Notes: generated by a model from the sequence alone, not told the origin. Shown: positions 1 to 12,865, numbered from the stretch's first letter. The stretch: 38,200 nt of DNA from Bugula neritina (GCA_964035545.1 CAXIUT010000101.1:1-38200), one strand, 5' to 3'. Numbers and translations: made by a program.

Positions 1-95
1 CCCAACCCCAACCCCAACCCAACCCAACCCCCAACCCCAACCCCAACCCCAACCCAACCCCAACCCAACCCCAACCCCAACCCAACCCCAACCCC
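1..95 (+). repeat. Left telomere, (CCCCAA)n with some CCCAA units
   Basis: C4A2 repeats at the window start, beginning CCCAA. The irregular C3 units probably reflect homopolymer errors. Confidence 0.95.
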
Positions 96-137
96 ATATA
101 TTTGACAGTTATATAATATTGATATATTAACGAATAA

Positions 138-1297
138 ATGATTCGCGAGAAAGGACTATTTTCCAATAGATATCTTCCAAGAAAAGGAAAAGAAAACTTG
201 CATACAATAAACACAGAATAAAGTGATTTTCCACTTGCTTACACTTCCAATAAATATACCAGCAGATAGCGTACTCCCCTCACAACTAAAAAACCTAAAT
301 AAGTAAAAAAAATAGAATAAAAAGCATAATAAAAACCAACAAAAATAGAACAAAATAAAATATAAACTATAAATAAACTATAAAAATAACTAAAATAAAC
401 AAAAGGTATCTCATCTATTATCAAAGATCAACTAAAAAGAACAACAAAAGATCATAATCTAAAACACACAAAACAATAAACAAAAATAAACTAGCTATGC
501 AAATAAATATCTTAGAAAAGAAATAAAAATGAATAGTTAATTTTACAACTAAAAAAATAATAAAAAAAGATAATACATTTAGATAACTAAATAAAACGAT
601 ACCAAAAAACAATAAAAGATTAAATATATTGGTTTCTTAATATCTAGGCATTAATAGATAAAAAATTAATAACTATATCATAGATGTAGCAATAAATAAA
701 AACACATTTTGTTAATTTTAGACCCTTCATTGATTAACTAAATATCATCAGATAATTATAAATAGCATCTACGTCTAAAATCAATGAAAAGCAGTTGAGT
801 AATTTCAGTAATTTTTAATCTGTTTTCAACCAACCTACAGTAGTCAACGTCAATTCCATGTTTACAGAATAAGTAGATTAGAATAATATAGCTAAAATTA
901 TGGAATTGCAACCTCTCATATAGACTTTTAACAATAATCAGTATGATGTCAATTCATCTCATAGCAAAATAGCTAAAAAATTATTTTCTGATAGCCCTCT
1001 CTTCAATAAGGCATGAGAATCAAAAGCAACATTTCACTCAACTAATAATCCGCATTCGGCAACTAAAGCAGAATAGAATAAAACTAGTTTTTAAACATCG
1101 GCAGTCCTGATATTCAACTACCAAGATAAGTAAAAATAATACAAAATTTTTAACCAGGAAAAGATGAAGATAACTACATCAGTCTTAAAAAAGGATAAAT
1201 AATGAAATTGCTCAGAAAGATTCGTAATAATTTATGGATTGGCTAATACAGATAGAAAATCGGCTTAGTTAATCAGACCTATTTCGAATTGAAATGA
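138..1297 (+). CDS. Protein with a C-terminal SH3-like domain (internal frameshifts, probably sequence errors)
   Basis: ATG 42 nt inside the telomere. C-terminus in code 30 is VKIIQNFEPGKDEDNYISLKKGEIMKLLRKIRNNLWIGEYREKIGLVNQTYFELK*, which fits the SH3 pattern. The frame changes several times between about 400 and 1000. Confidence 0.55.
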
Positions 1298-1322
1298 TTG
1301 AATTAGTTTTAATGATAATGAA

Positions 1323-1707
1323 TCAGATATTTGTTTGATTGACTGAAGATAAAGTTTGCTTCTTTGCCTGCTTAGCATTCAATATAGTATCTCTTGCCTT
1401 CTTGTACTTATCACGCATTTGTTGAGTAATTCTCTGGCGAGCCTGCGCTCTCACTCGCTTAAACATAGGCGCATTTTTGAACATTGAAGGCACAATGATA
1501 AAACGAATCTGAGAGCCTCGTAAATAGACCTGCTCGACCGGCATCGATCGTCCATCTTTGGTCCACATTGTCACACTCATCCAATCTGACGTTCATTGTG
1601 TCTTCGGCGTCAGCTAAGAAACCTCTGAACATTTCTCCTGATTTCATTTAGACAGTGACCACGTGATGTTTTGATTCGTGGAGAAGTTTAACTGGTGCTC
1701 CTATCAT
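1323..1707 (-). CDS. SNRPD3: Small nuclear ribonucleoprotein Sm D3
   Basis: MIGAPVKLLHESKHHVVTV(TAA=E)MKSGEMFRG...AEDTMNV...EQVYLRGSQIRFIIVPSMFKNAPMFK. There is one extra base near 1571-1578. Confidence 0.93.
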
Positions 1708-1901
1708 TATTTTATAAGGGAATCATATAATCCAAAGTTATAAATCAAAACACACATAAAATATCATCTGATTTTCAAAGTTTCAAAGAACATTAAACCA
1801 ATAATACATGTTATTTTAGGAAATATATCAATAGATTTTTTTAGATTAGTATTTTTTTAATCATATCAACGAATTATATTATACTAATCGTTTTAACGTT
1901 G

Positions 1902-3979
1902 ATGAAGAGAGCTCATTCAGTTACTTTACTTAGAAATTTAGCCGATTCTATCCAACACTACACAGCCAAAGCCCAAACAAACAAACTAAATACTCTACAT
2001 AAAACATCTTCAACCATAAACCTAACCCAAAATCAAAAAGAAAGCAGATTGAATCAATAACAAAAAGATAATAGAATATTTATCCTATAAAAACAAATAA
2101 CCTTTCTTGAGAAATAACAATAAAATAGCAAAGGAATGATTCGTAGTTATACAAAATAACTTGAAGATTATGAAATTACAACAAGTCGTATATAAAAATT
2201 AGAACAGAAATTAAAAGAGAAAGTAGAATAGTACGATAGAACTAGAAATAGGATGTTAATGTTGAGATAAGAAATGATATCTTATACATTTAATTCACAA
2301 GAAAGAATAGCATAAAAATAATATTTTTAAGAATTAGTAGAAGCTTATCAACATCAATATTAAAATTAAAGTAAAAATGTTATAAATATCCTTGAAATAG
2401 ATCAACAAAATCATAATCTAAGAAAACAAATAGAATAGATATGTTTTAGTATTAAAGAAAGAGAAGAGTAGATTCAAAATTGGAAAAATTAGAATGATTT
2501 CGATCTCAACAAACACAAATTGAATAACAACATCAAAACTATGAGAATATAACTGATAGCTCAATAAGATAAATGTGACATATTTTGTCAAAATAATAAA
2601 TTAAAAAAGATAAGATAACTTTATTGCCAATATTTTAAAAATTATGCAAAAAAGAACGGAATTGGAAACTAATAGGCCTAAAACGGTATGGATGTTTTTG
2701 TATGTAAATATAAACTTGTCTAAGATTTCACATAATATCTCAGATAACAATTAGTCTACAACAAACCCAAATGCGATGCTTTGTAAAAATATATATATAC
2801 TTTATCTAGAATGGAAGGATTGTTTATTAAAAATCATGGATAGTTAAATAAAAAATTATATGTTTTACTAAAATAGTAAATATAGTAATGCTAGTATTCT
2901 AAAAGATAGAAAGAATAGTAAATATAGAGAAACTAATAGATGATAAAAGAGGAATAAAAGAATATATAGGATAGATTTGCTCATTAAAGTTTAGCTGTTA
3001 TTGAATATTTACGATAGAAAAGTAATAAATACGATATCAATTAAATAAAAACCACTTTAAAATAAAATAAAAAATAACAATAAAATAGAATTAATAAAAT
3101 AAAATAAGCCTATCAACAAATATCACATCTATCGTCCATCATTGATAAAGAAATCAATAACAATCAATAAAATATATTTGACTAAGAAGTATCATAAGTT
3201 AGTAGATAGCTAATTACTCGTTAAGAGGAGTTGGGCATTCTTAGAAGATAAATATGTGTTTTACATAATCAAAAAGATAATATATAAAGTTTGATCAATA
3301 GTGCTATTTCAAAATGGAGAGAAAGAGATCAAAATAAAGTAAAACTTAAACAGTTGTATCAATAACTCAATTAAACTAGTACTTTTTTATCTATTCAGAA
3401 AAATCATACTGTCCAATATCTCATTGCTAGCAATCGATTAGCTTCAAACAAGTATAAAAAATAAAAAGTTCAATCACAAATTAAAGTCACTTAAACGATT
3501 CAAAACAATCACAAAAACATAGTAAATGTGGAAGTATAACCTCGCTATACCAAAGCAAGGCAGTATTATCTTTAAACAACCCTTATAAAAATATAATGAA
3601 GAAATCAAATCATCACTAACCTATCATAGACGACTGCAAAATGATTCTATCTCATAAATTACCTTCAAAACAAAAACAAAATAAATCAAAATCAAAAACA
3701 TCTGATCTACCAAGTCAATCAAAATAGTTATCTTCTAGTGAAATAAGATAAAATAAAATACTATATAAATGTGAAACCAATGCCAATTTACTAAAAAAAT
3801 CAAAAAATGATAAACAAATGAACAAATAAAATGACTTTTGGGAACTTAGTACCAAAAATAGAACACATTCTAAGTACAACCTATCAATGAAACCCAGTAT
3901 TACTCCATCAGCATACACCATTAAAGGTAAATTAGCCATCAGTTAAAGAGTATCTTTGATAGGAAAGAATAAAAGATGA
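1902..3979 (+). CDS. Hypothetical coiled-coil protein (~685 aa)
   Basis: Open in code 30 after removing a 20-nt intron at 3379-3398. E/K/Q-rich. Confidence 0.75.
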
Positions 3980-4039
3980 TATAATTGATTTTTTTATTTA
4001 TATAGGTTCTAAAATAAGTATTAAATATCGTTATATTTG

Positions 4040-4453
4040 ATGAAATTTGCAAGCAAATAAGTTCGATAGGCTTTTGCCAATGCAGGAGACTACTCCTTAA
4101 CATCGTTAAGACAAAATACTAAAAATAAATACGAACAGACTCTAAAATTCATGAAAGAATGGAACTCAGATCTGATATAAAGAGAAAACTAACTGGAACA
4201 TGAACGTGAGCAACTATACAAAAGCACTTTAGAAGAAGAATCGAGCAAGCCAGCCGTTCAGATGAAGCATTTGAATGTATAATAGTTGATAAAGTAATAA
4301 TTTTTGAAGAGAGTTGAGAGTTTATATATGAAGCAATTGGTTTTAGGAGATATGAGTGAAACTGACCGAATTAGCGAGGATAGTTTAGATTATCATGAGA
4401 GTAATACATTTGCTGAGGATAATATATTTTTTAGGAATAGCAAAGATGAGTGA
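4040..4453 (+). CDS. Hypothetical protein (137 aa)
   Basis: ATG-to-TGA open frame in code 30 that fills the intergenic space. Confidence 0.65.
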
Positions 4454-4473
4454 ATGATAGTTGATATTATAAT

Positions 4474-5721
4474 ATGGCATTAAAAGATAGAGGCAATTAG
4501 TTTTTTAGAGTAGGTAAATATGAAGATGCACTTCGTTGTTACGAATAGTACATTGATTCTGACCTACAGGCAGATAAAAAGGTAGCATACTGTAATATCA
4601 GTTTTTGTCATTACAAGATGGGTAACTTTTAAGAATCGATCGAATCAGCTAACGATAGCCTTCAAGAAGATTCTACTTATTCTAAAGCTTATTATAGAAA
4701 AATGCAAGGATATAAATAAATACCTGATTCCTAGTATTAACAATTTATCAATGTTGCTTTGTTGTTGAGATATGCAAAATTGTCATAAAAATAAAAATAT
4801 GATTATAAAATCTTTATGAAATAAGTCAAAAACAAATGGATGAATAAAGTTAAATCAAGAAAAATCAATATAGAATAAAATAATCTTATTTTATAAACTT
4901 TCTAATCATAAAATATAGAAAATGAAGATTAACTATCAACAGAACAATGGCTAGAAGAATGGTCAAAATAAAATACTAGCTGTGAAGAACATTTATCTAA
5001 AATATAGAAAATATCATAAAAAGATAGAGAGAATGGTCTTAATATAGCATTTTTTTATCTGAATCAACTATCTAAATAACATCCTAAATATAAATAGATA
5101 TGTTAGAGAATCAAAGCTATGCAAAAACCAATTGAAACAAAGATGGAAATTGAATCTTAGGGTATGATTAGTGAATAAAAAAAGGAAGAAAATCAATAAG
5201 ATCTACCATAAAACGTTGATAAAATAAATTAGAGTAAATCTTAGTCAGATTAAAATTTATTTGCATCTTCTGATCATTCAGGAGAAGGATAAAAATAACA
5301 TAAATAATAAAATAATAATATAACACACATAAAATAAGAAATAGTAATCAATAATACAATAAAATAGTTAACAAATAATAAGATGAGTAATTAATAAGAT
5401 GAAAAAAACAAATAAAAATAATAAACAGTTAATCAATAACAAGATATCAATGCTCTTTATAAAATGTATACTGAAGGATTGGAATAATGCAGAGATACTT
5501 TACAATAGTTTTTGAAAAGAATATAAATAGTTTTATAATCAAATTTACCAAATAAAGTAAAATAATAGCTATTAAATTTATTCACAGTAAAAAAGAAGAA
5601 GTAAATCTCTTTGTTCAAATTATCATTTACTAAAAAATAACAACAAAAAATCCATGATCTCCTCATAAAAAACAATCTACAAACGTTTATTCCCATCTAT
5701 GCATCCAAATTTGCAACTTGA
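4474..5721 (+). CDS. TPR co-chaperone-like protein (possibly RPAP3/Tah1-related)
   Basis: MALKDRGN(TAG=E)FFRVGKYEDALRCY...AYCNISFCHYKMGNFEESIESANDSLQEDSTYSKAYYRK gives three TPRs. Helical C-terminus. Confidence 0.8.
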
Positions 5722-5773
5722 TAGTAAATACTCATAATAATATCAATATGAATATCAATAATCTCTTAAAGGA

Positions 5774-6895
5774 TCATTAATTTGACGTTATCTGTAACAT
5801 CTTCTTACTCTTCTTCTTGTTATTACGAATCTATATATTTTACTTCTACTATAAACGACGTCTCTTAGTAGAACTATTTCCAGTACATAAATTTTTAGAA
5901 CTCTTCTTATCATTCGATACCGGACTCTTCAAATTCAACAACTGACCCAACGGATTGCCAACATTTCCTCTTGATTATTTCGATTCAGTTATTGTTTCAG
6001 TCCTATTCTATTTCTTCTTCTTAAAACTATGATTTCCCTCCTTTATCTTCTTATTTTATACATTATTCAACTCTCTTTTCAGTTCTCCCGTATGCGATAG
6101 ATCAGAAACAACCTTAACATGCTACTTTCTTCTTCTATGCAGCTGCTCATACCGAACCGACTCATCAATAAGCGATGTCAATGAAAAACTCAGCAGATGG
6201 CTATCATTATTGATATTTTTATGACTTATTTAAGCAATAGGTTATTTATTTTATGTTAGCATTTATTACTGATTGAACAAATGATGAAAAAGATTGTCTT
6301 TATTGCTATGAAGATTTTCTGTTTTACTTTTTTATTTTTAAAGAATAAAGTATAAATCATTTTATAGTCTTTTTGATTTTTATCGTTATTGAATTAGCTA
6401 TTCTTTGGTCATTTTTAATTATTACTGTAAAAGTTATATCTAATTCAATCCCTTATTTTATTTATTATTTTTTGTTTATAGTTATCCTTTCAATTATTCA
6501 TTGAGTTGATTAAGCATAGCAATTTCTTATTTATTTTTTATTTTTTCCTGCATAAGTTACCGATAAGCCTCTCTCAAATTTTTATACTCTTCCTTTAAAT
6601 CACAAATAGAATTCATAATATTCTGAGCATTAGGACTATTCTTATTCTGTTGCTTAGATTTCTTCTTATTTCCAGATGAACAATCCTTGTTATTCTAGGC
6701 ATATTGACTCCTTCGTCTTTTGATTTATTCTGATAGTTTAGAAGGAGATTCTTGCTTTATGACTTTGAAATTATTTGATGATCCCAAGTTCTGGTCCTGC
6801 ACTGAAGGAATTCTCTTAGTTCTGAATGATGGACTGCGTTGTTTAGTGAAAAAGTCATGTTTGACGTTATGCTGAGGTGAAAGGAATGGCTGCAT
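5774..6895 (-). CDS. Hypothetical coiled-coil protein (373 aa)
   Basis: ATG and TGA are in frame in code 30. Low complexity. Confidence 0.65.
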
Positions 6896-7098
6896 TTTCA
6901 AACTGTTATTATATTTTATTAATAAATTCTATTGCCTCAATCATTACTCTTCATAAAACTTTATAAATACCCAACTAAATAATTAATATCTATATTAATA
7001 CTATTATTTCCTTCAAATTGTTATCTTATCCGCTTCTTTAAAGGAAAAGTTACTTTAGATAAAATTAATAATTAATTTATATTAAAAACTTGCAGGAT

Positions 7099-8227
7099 AT
7101 GAGTTAAATAATCGCAAACGTCTTCCGCAATATTTCACAAGAAGAATTAGACATAGCCATTCAATGTGGAATTCTTTTAGGTTCTGCTTCCTCTATCTTC
7201 TACATCTTCTTCGGAAGACTTCTCTCAATACCTGAACTACTCGGCATCTCTCTAAAAGAACCTACCTGTAATCATCCAATAATTCAGCTCCAGGAAGTCG
7301 CAACTCACTCATAGTCATCTCAGGATTCCTCTTCCTCTCAGCCATTCTCAGAACCTTCTATCACTAACATATTTCAGCTTATTATCCCTTCGATGGGGAA
7401 GTATACCTCAAAAAAATATCTACTTTGAGACTGATAATTTCAGGAGGACTAGTGGGACTTGGTTCCCAAATGGCAATAGGAGGTCGCTAGAATAGTGGAG
7501 TAATGGGAGTACCAAGATTTTCAATAGCATCATTAGCATCATTTATAACACTATTCGGATCAGCGATGTTGACAGTTACATATAAAATAGGATAAAAACT
7601 ACCAAAAACACCAAGAATAATATAAATAGCCAACAAATCACTACCTTAGAACATCTCCTTTGACGCCTATCTCTTGGTTGGCCTTCTAACTCCATTCATC
7701 GCTTTCCTCATATCAACTCGTAAATCTCTCAAAGGAATGATCGAAAGTCTCACACATTTCGTAGTTGGTATCATCCTAGCATACTTTCTCATGCTTATGG
7801 GTTGGAGTCGCATCCAATAAACTTATGACTGCTTCAGCATCTCAAAAAAATGGACAGGATAGATGCTAGTCGCCTACGCCATCGCTACCGTCATCTTTGC
7901 ATTCGTATACGTGATAGTACGATATGGATTGTACTTCTACTTTAATTTAGTAAAAAACCATTGTTTAATAATGAACTACAAGACAAGGTGTCACCTCTCA
8001 CCTTTCGAGCTTTTGTTGGATATGCATTGACTGGAATAGGATTCGGATTGGGAGGGATGATCTTCTAATCATTTTTATTGACAATTCCATCCTCAGAAAT
8101 AAGAATAGTAGTTTTTTGGGGAGTACCCTGCATTTTTGCCATGAAAGCCACCCAAGTATTATCAACTGTATAAAAAATCTAAACACCAGTAGCTGAATAA
8201 AAAGCAACTTCAGCACTAAGTCTATGA
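7099..8227 (+). CDS. YeeE/YedE (sulfur-transport family) fused membrane protein, divergent
   Basis: Multiple TM segments, with LIISGGLVGLGSQMAIGG..GVPRFSIASL and GYALTGIGFGLGG motifs. 20-nt introns at 7268-7287 and 7931-7950. Confidence 0.75.
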
Positions 8228-8300
8228 TAGTTTATTGATTAACCATATTTTGATATAGTTGATAAACAAAAATACAAGAATATCTATTGAACATGAGAGA

Positions 8301-8696
8301 TCATTCTGGATATTGTTCTACTACTGCAGTAGCCAATGTGTATTATTTTTAGTGAGAAAGAGTGATATGCCATCTTGATATCTGCAACTCCAATATCAAT
8401 CTTTAATTTTCATCTCCCTACAATCTAGCATCAGGTTTGCCATCCTCGTTTTTCACTATTCGTATCTCATTGAAATGAAGCTACTTTCGACCTATTGCCT
8501 TGTTCAATGCCTACTTTACTGCCCATCTCGATGCCAAAAATTATACCTGCTGCTGCTGTAGTTCAAGACTATTCAAAGTAATGACTTATGAAGGATGCAA
8601 AAACTTTTTATAAAAACGATCTGAATATGTCTGAGCAAGATGCTGTTTGATTCTAGAGTTGCTAACAAGGTCGATTCCTATTCCTAATATTTTCAT
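8301..8696 (-). CDS. acpS: Holo-ACP synthase (AcpS-type phosphopantetheinyl transferase)
   Basis: MKILGIGIDLVSNSRI...FLASRWAVK(TAG=E)ALNKA...GKP...ITLSHEKEYTLA. Confidence 0.92.
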
Positions 8697-8736
8697 TATA
8701 ATTATGACTCAATTTCATATTTATCATAAACATAAT

Positions 8737-8817
8737 GGGGTTGGGGTTGGGGTTGGGGTTGGGGTTGGGGTTGGGGTTGGGGTTGGGGTTGGGGTTGGGG
8801 TTGGGGTTGGGGTTGGG
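8737..8817 (+). repeat. Telomere tract (GGGGTT)13GGG, internal in the window
   Basis: Perfect 81-nt tract, 40 nt from the AcpS ATG. Confidence 0.97.
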
Positions 8818-9639
8818 CTGCTTTGTCAAATCCAACCCGTCTACAAACAAAAAGGATAGACTATTGAAAGAATCAAAGTGTCATTGTCGAAGTATAGTTC
8901 AAAAGATAATTTGGATATTATTGTTTTTCCTGAGATGGCTTTTGGAGGCTATCATTTCTAAAATCAAGAAGATGTCAGCTAAATTGCTATATAAATGGGT
9001 AAAGGCATTGATTTCTAGTTTGGTTTTTAACTTGCTAGCAAATTAAAATGCTATGTTGCTTTTGGTTATGTTGAAATAACTAAAAATGGATAATAAAATA
9101 TATTTTATAACTCAGCTGTTGTCATTGATCGAGAGGGAAAGATCGTATGCAACTATAGAAAGTGTCATCTATATTATAATGATAAATTATGGGCTACATA
9201 AGGTTAATAATTCAAAACTTTTACCTTAAAAACATAATAAAATAAAGAACTAACGTGTACACTCGCTTTAAGTAGCGATATAAGTCAAAAAAACTTTACT
9301 TCTGGAATTTATTAGCTATCTAACTATCTAGTATAAACAAAAAGTGATGTATTACTCTTGTTGTCTTGTTGGTCAGATAGTTAAAAAGATGAACTTCACC
9401 GTAATGACATTTCTGGAACCTATAACTATTGGATAAGCAGATTAAATCCTGTAACTCTAAGCAAGAGGACTCTATTGATGCTGTTTGCGGATAGAGTTGG
9501 TTTGTAGTATGATTATTTTTCAAAGAAAAAGACAATATTTTATGGTTCATCCTGCAGCATGATGCTAAATCCTCATAAAATACTAAGCAACCTAGATATA
9601 GATAAAGAAGGTTACTTACTATTATAGACCTTTTTATGA
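8818..9639 (+). CDS. Carbon-nitrogen hydrolase (Nta1-like N-terminal amidase), 5' end truncated by the telomere junction
   Basis: LLCQIQP...DIIVFPEMAFGGY...FYNSAVVID...NYRKCHLY...WATEG...YW..RL.P...DRVG.E...FYGSSC. No native ATG. Confidence 0.85.
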
Positions 9640-9665
9640 TTATCAATAAATTATTTAGATAGACA

Positions 9666-10472
9666 TCAATTATTTTATGGATTAGTAGTTTGACCTTTAT
9701 TTAACATTGACTTCTTAGATTATAAAAATTTAACCCACTTATCATGTTTTTGTTTATGCAGCTAAATTGCCAGTTTATCTGAAAATTATTTTTGGTTTTT
9801 AGTTGTTCGATATCGTGATTCCTTCTATATTGTCTTATCTTACTATCCATGAGTCTTTTAATGATTTTTTCGTCGTTTTAAATGAGAAACTATCGGAGGA
9901 ATTCTCAATTACTACTTTCTACTGTCTTGTTCCTTTTAATTTCTTAGTTAGTTTTTAATTTAGCTGCTATTTATTGAAGTAATCGGCTCTATCTTTTGTA
10001 AATATTTATTTTTAATTTACGATATATAGTGATTTAATTTCTATTGAGAGGATTGCTTTTTCATTCCATCTTTGCTCTTCTTGTGAAGGTTTGATGATGA
10101 TTGCTTGCTTATCATATCTCGTTACATAGTTGATAGTTATTTTTAGTACACCAATGTTTTAGGACATATATAGTCTGTATATTTTTACTTCAGTCGCACA
10201 GACAACAGTTTCTTTACTTTCTTTTTTTATTTCTAATTAGGTTCATCTATTATTGCTTTTTTGTATCTTTTAAGATGGTCTCTCACTGTCCTAGTTGAAA
10301 AGTAATAAGATGCATAAGGGTCACTTAAAGCTTAGTAGTTTTTGTGTTTTTCTGAGATACTGTATCTCGTTGAAAAGCCTTCTTCTCTTAGATGTACATT
10401 GAAGTGGCTATTAGGATGCTGATATTTATTTTTTACCTTTTTGCTCATATTTTCTATAAAATCCAAGTCCAT
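9666..10472 (-). CDS. Hypothetical protein (268 aa)
   Basis: Open frame in code 30. The N-terminal YEALSDPYASYYF..TVRDHL motif loosely resembles ERICH3/FSIP2-type N-termini. Confidence 0.7.
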
Positions 10473-10602
10473 TTAATTTTATTTTAGTATTATTAAGTTA
10501 AAAAAAGGAAAAATCACTAAAGATCTAATATTATATTTTGATTCCTGTGAATAATAAGATATTAAGAGAAGATAATATTAGCCTGTATTAATTCCAGATA
10601 TA

Positions 10603-11010
10603 ATGTCAAAAGAACTATTCAAAGTAGCAAACGTAGGTTCAATAAAGCGTCTTCTTCAAAACTACACAGGAAAGCCTCTTTCAACTTTCTAAGCATTCCC
10701 CCAATCATACACAATAAACAAATTACCAAAAGATAACTGGGCACAAATATAATTCCAATATTCTGACTTCAAATAGGCATTGGCCAGGTTGACTCTTATA
10801 GCAAATTCATGTAGTCAACTAAACTACTATCCTGAAATATTTAACGTATACAACAAGATCATTATCAAATTGTATAGTCATGGAGATAAAACAGATAAAA
10901 TACTCACAGTTAAAGATTTATATATCTGCCATTTTCTATAACAATTGCAATCTAAAACTGTCGAAGAATCACATCGTATGGCTTTGAAAAATTTGCAAGC
11001 AATTGATTGA
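10603..11010 (+). CDS. Pterin-4a-carbinolamine dehydratase-like (PCD/DCoH) protein, divergent
   Basis: FQYSDFKEAL...QLNYYPEIFNVYNKIIIKLYSH...LTVKDLYIC matches the PCD pattern (HHPE..NVYNKV.I.L.TH...T.KD). Confidence 0.75.
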
Positions 11011-11210
11011 AAAAATATCTTATTGGCTTATTTTATTTAAAATTTGTATTTATTTTTGAGTTTTGTTGATAATGATGGTTAGAATAGTTTAGTTTGGGGT
11101 ATAAAGATAAATATGTTGTTATTTTGTAGAGTGGATAAAGAAGTGATGTTAGTTAGTTATAGTTTAATTTAATTCAAACAAAAGATTGTTAGTTAATTTA
11201 ATATACTATC

Positions 11211-11891
11211 ATGCCGCCAAAAAATATGACTAATCGACCTAGATTCATCTCCATTTAAGGTAATATCGGCTCAGGAAAGTCCACTATCCTCAAAATAATC
11301 AGAGAAAACTTTCCAGAACTAAATATCTTAGATGAACCCCTCACTGAGTGGCAGAATGTTGGATAGAAGAAAAACATCAACCTTCTAGGACTCTACTATC
11401 AAGATCCCAAAAGATGGGGCTTTACTTTTCAAATTTATGCCTTTATGAGCAGAATTAAAAAATGGACATAATACAGCAAACTGTCAGGCAATGGAATCAG
11501 AATATCAGAAAGATCTCTACTCTCAGATAGATACATCTTTGCCAGCATCATGAAAGACAGCAATATCCTCGATTAAGCAGAACACACCATCTATCTGCAA
11601 TTCTATGACCATTTAGTTCAAATGAATTAAATCGTTGATCTGTTTGGAGTTATTTACATTCAATGCCCTCCTGATACTTGCTCAGAAAGAATCCAAAAAA
11701 GGTCAAGGGAAGGAGAAAGTACCATTCCTTTGGACTATCTTTAAAAAATTCATTAGAAACATGAACAATGGCTGAATAAAAGTATTCAAGATAGAGAAAA
11801 GACTTTAATCATTAATAATAGGACTCCTATTGATAAAGATGCAGTAGTTGATCAGATATCTAATTGGCTTTAAAGAAAAAAGATAGAATGA
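11211..11891 (+). CDS. Deoxynucleoside kinase (dCK/dGK family)
   Basis: ISI(TAA=E)GNIGSGKST P-loop, EPLTEW, YQDPKRWGFTFQ, ERSLLSDRYIF, RIQKRSREGE. Confidence 0.95.
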
Positions 11892-11937
11892 AGTGATTTA
11901 GGTTATTCAATATTATATTACATCATAACATACTTAA

Positions 11938-12612
11938 TCAAGTCGAATAGCAACAGTATTTATGTCCTTTGCCTTCCTCTGGACGATGTAAAGTCGTTAT
12001 TGCTTCTTATCCTTCCAAAGGTTAGCTATTTTTCTTATTTTTTTTACTTTTAGGACCTTTAGCTGCATTGGCTCGATTATAAGAATCTACGAGCATACCT
12101 GCTATCCTTACAAAAGCATCTTCAATATGCTATGAAGTTTTAGCACTGGTTTCAATATATTATATCTCTTTATGTTTACTAACAAATTACTGAACATCTT
12201 CCTGTTTAACTGCTCTATTAGTATCCAAATCACATTTATTGCCTACCAATAATATTTGCGTTTATGGAGGACATGCGCTCTTGATCTAATTATACCAGTA
12301 TCCGATCGCATCGTCAAAAGATTGCTTGTCAGTAATATCAAAGACTATCATAAGCGCATGTGCTCCTCTATAGTATGAACTGGTAATTGTTCTAAAACGT
12401 TCGTGACCAGCTGTATCCCAGATTTGTAGTTTGACTTTGTTTCCTTCAAGAGAAAAAGATTTAAAGCGAAAGTCAACTCCTATGGTTGCTAAGAAGACTT
12501 AGCTAAATTAGTCATCGGCATAGCGGACGACTATCGAAGATTTACCCACACAGGAATTTCCTACAAGAACTACTTTAAAGAGATAGTGGTATTAGCCTTG
12601 ACTTTGAAGCAT
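11938..12612 (-). CDS. Rab1-like small GTPase
   Basis: [54 protein letters not shown] and a C-terminal CCYST. Confidence 0.95.
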
Positions 12613-12865
12613 ATTTGCAATTATTATAGATATTATAACAAAGTTTAAGACAGTTGAGCTAACCAAAAAGAAAAGAAGATATAAATCATAGCTAAAGGAG
12701 AGTTTTAAGATGTAAAAATAAAATTTTTAGAAAGAAGAAAGAACTAAAGATAAAATATGTTGAATATTTATTTCAGCTTATTGAATAGATTTAATAAAAT
12801 CATTGTTTTAGGTTTTGTTTCAACTAATAAATTAAGATTGATTATATTGATTTATCACCAAAGAA

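Noticed and set aside
8647-9046. Poly-GV, poly-GL and poly-NP ORFs, including an in-frame MTQFHIYHKHN-(GV)n-Nta1 fusion
   Set aside because: These are translations of the telomere hexamer, which is open in every frame. The upstream part is the AcpS leader on the opposite strand.
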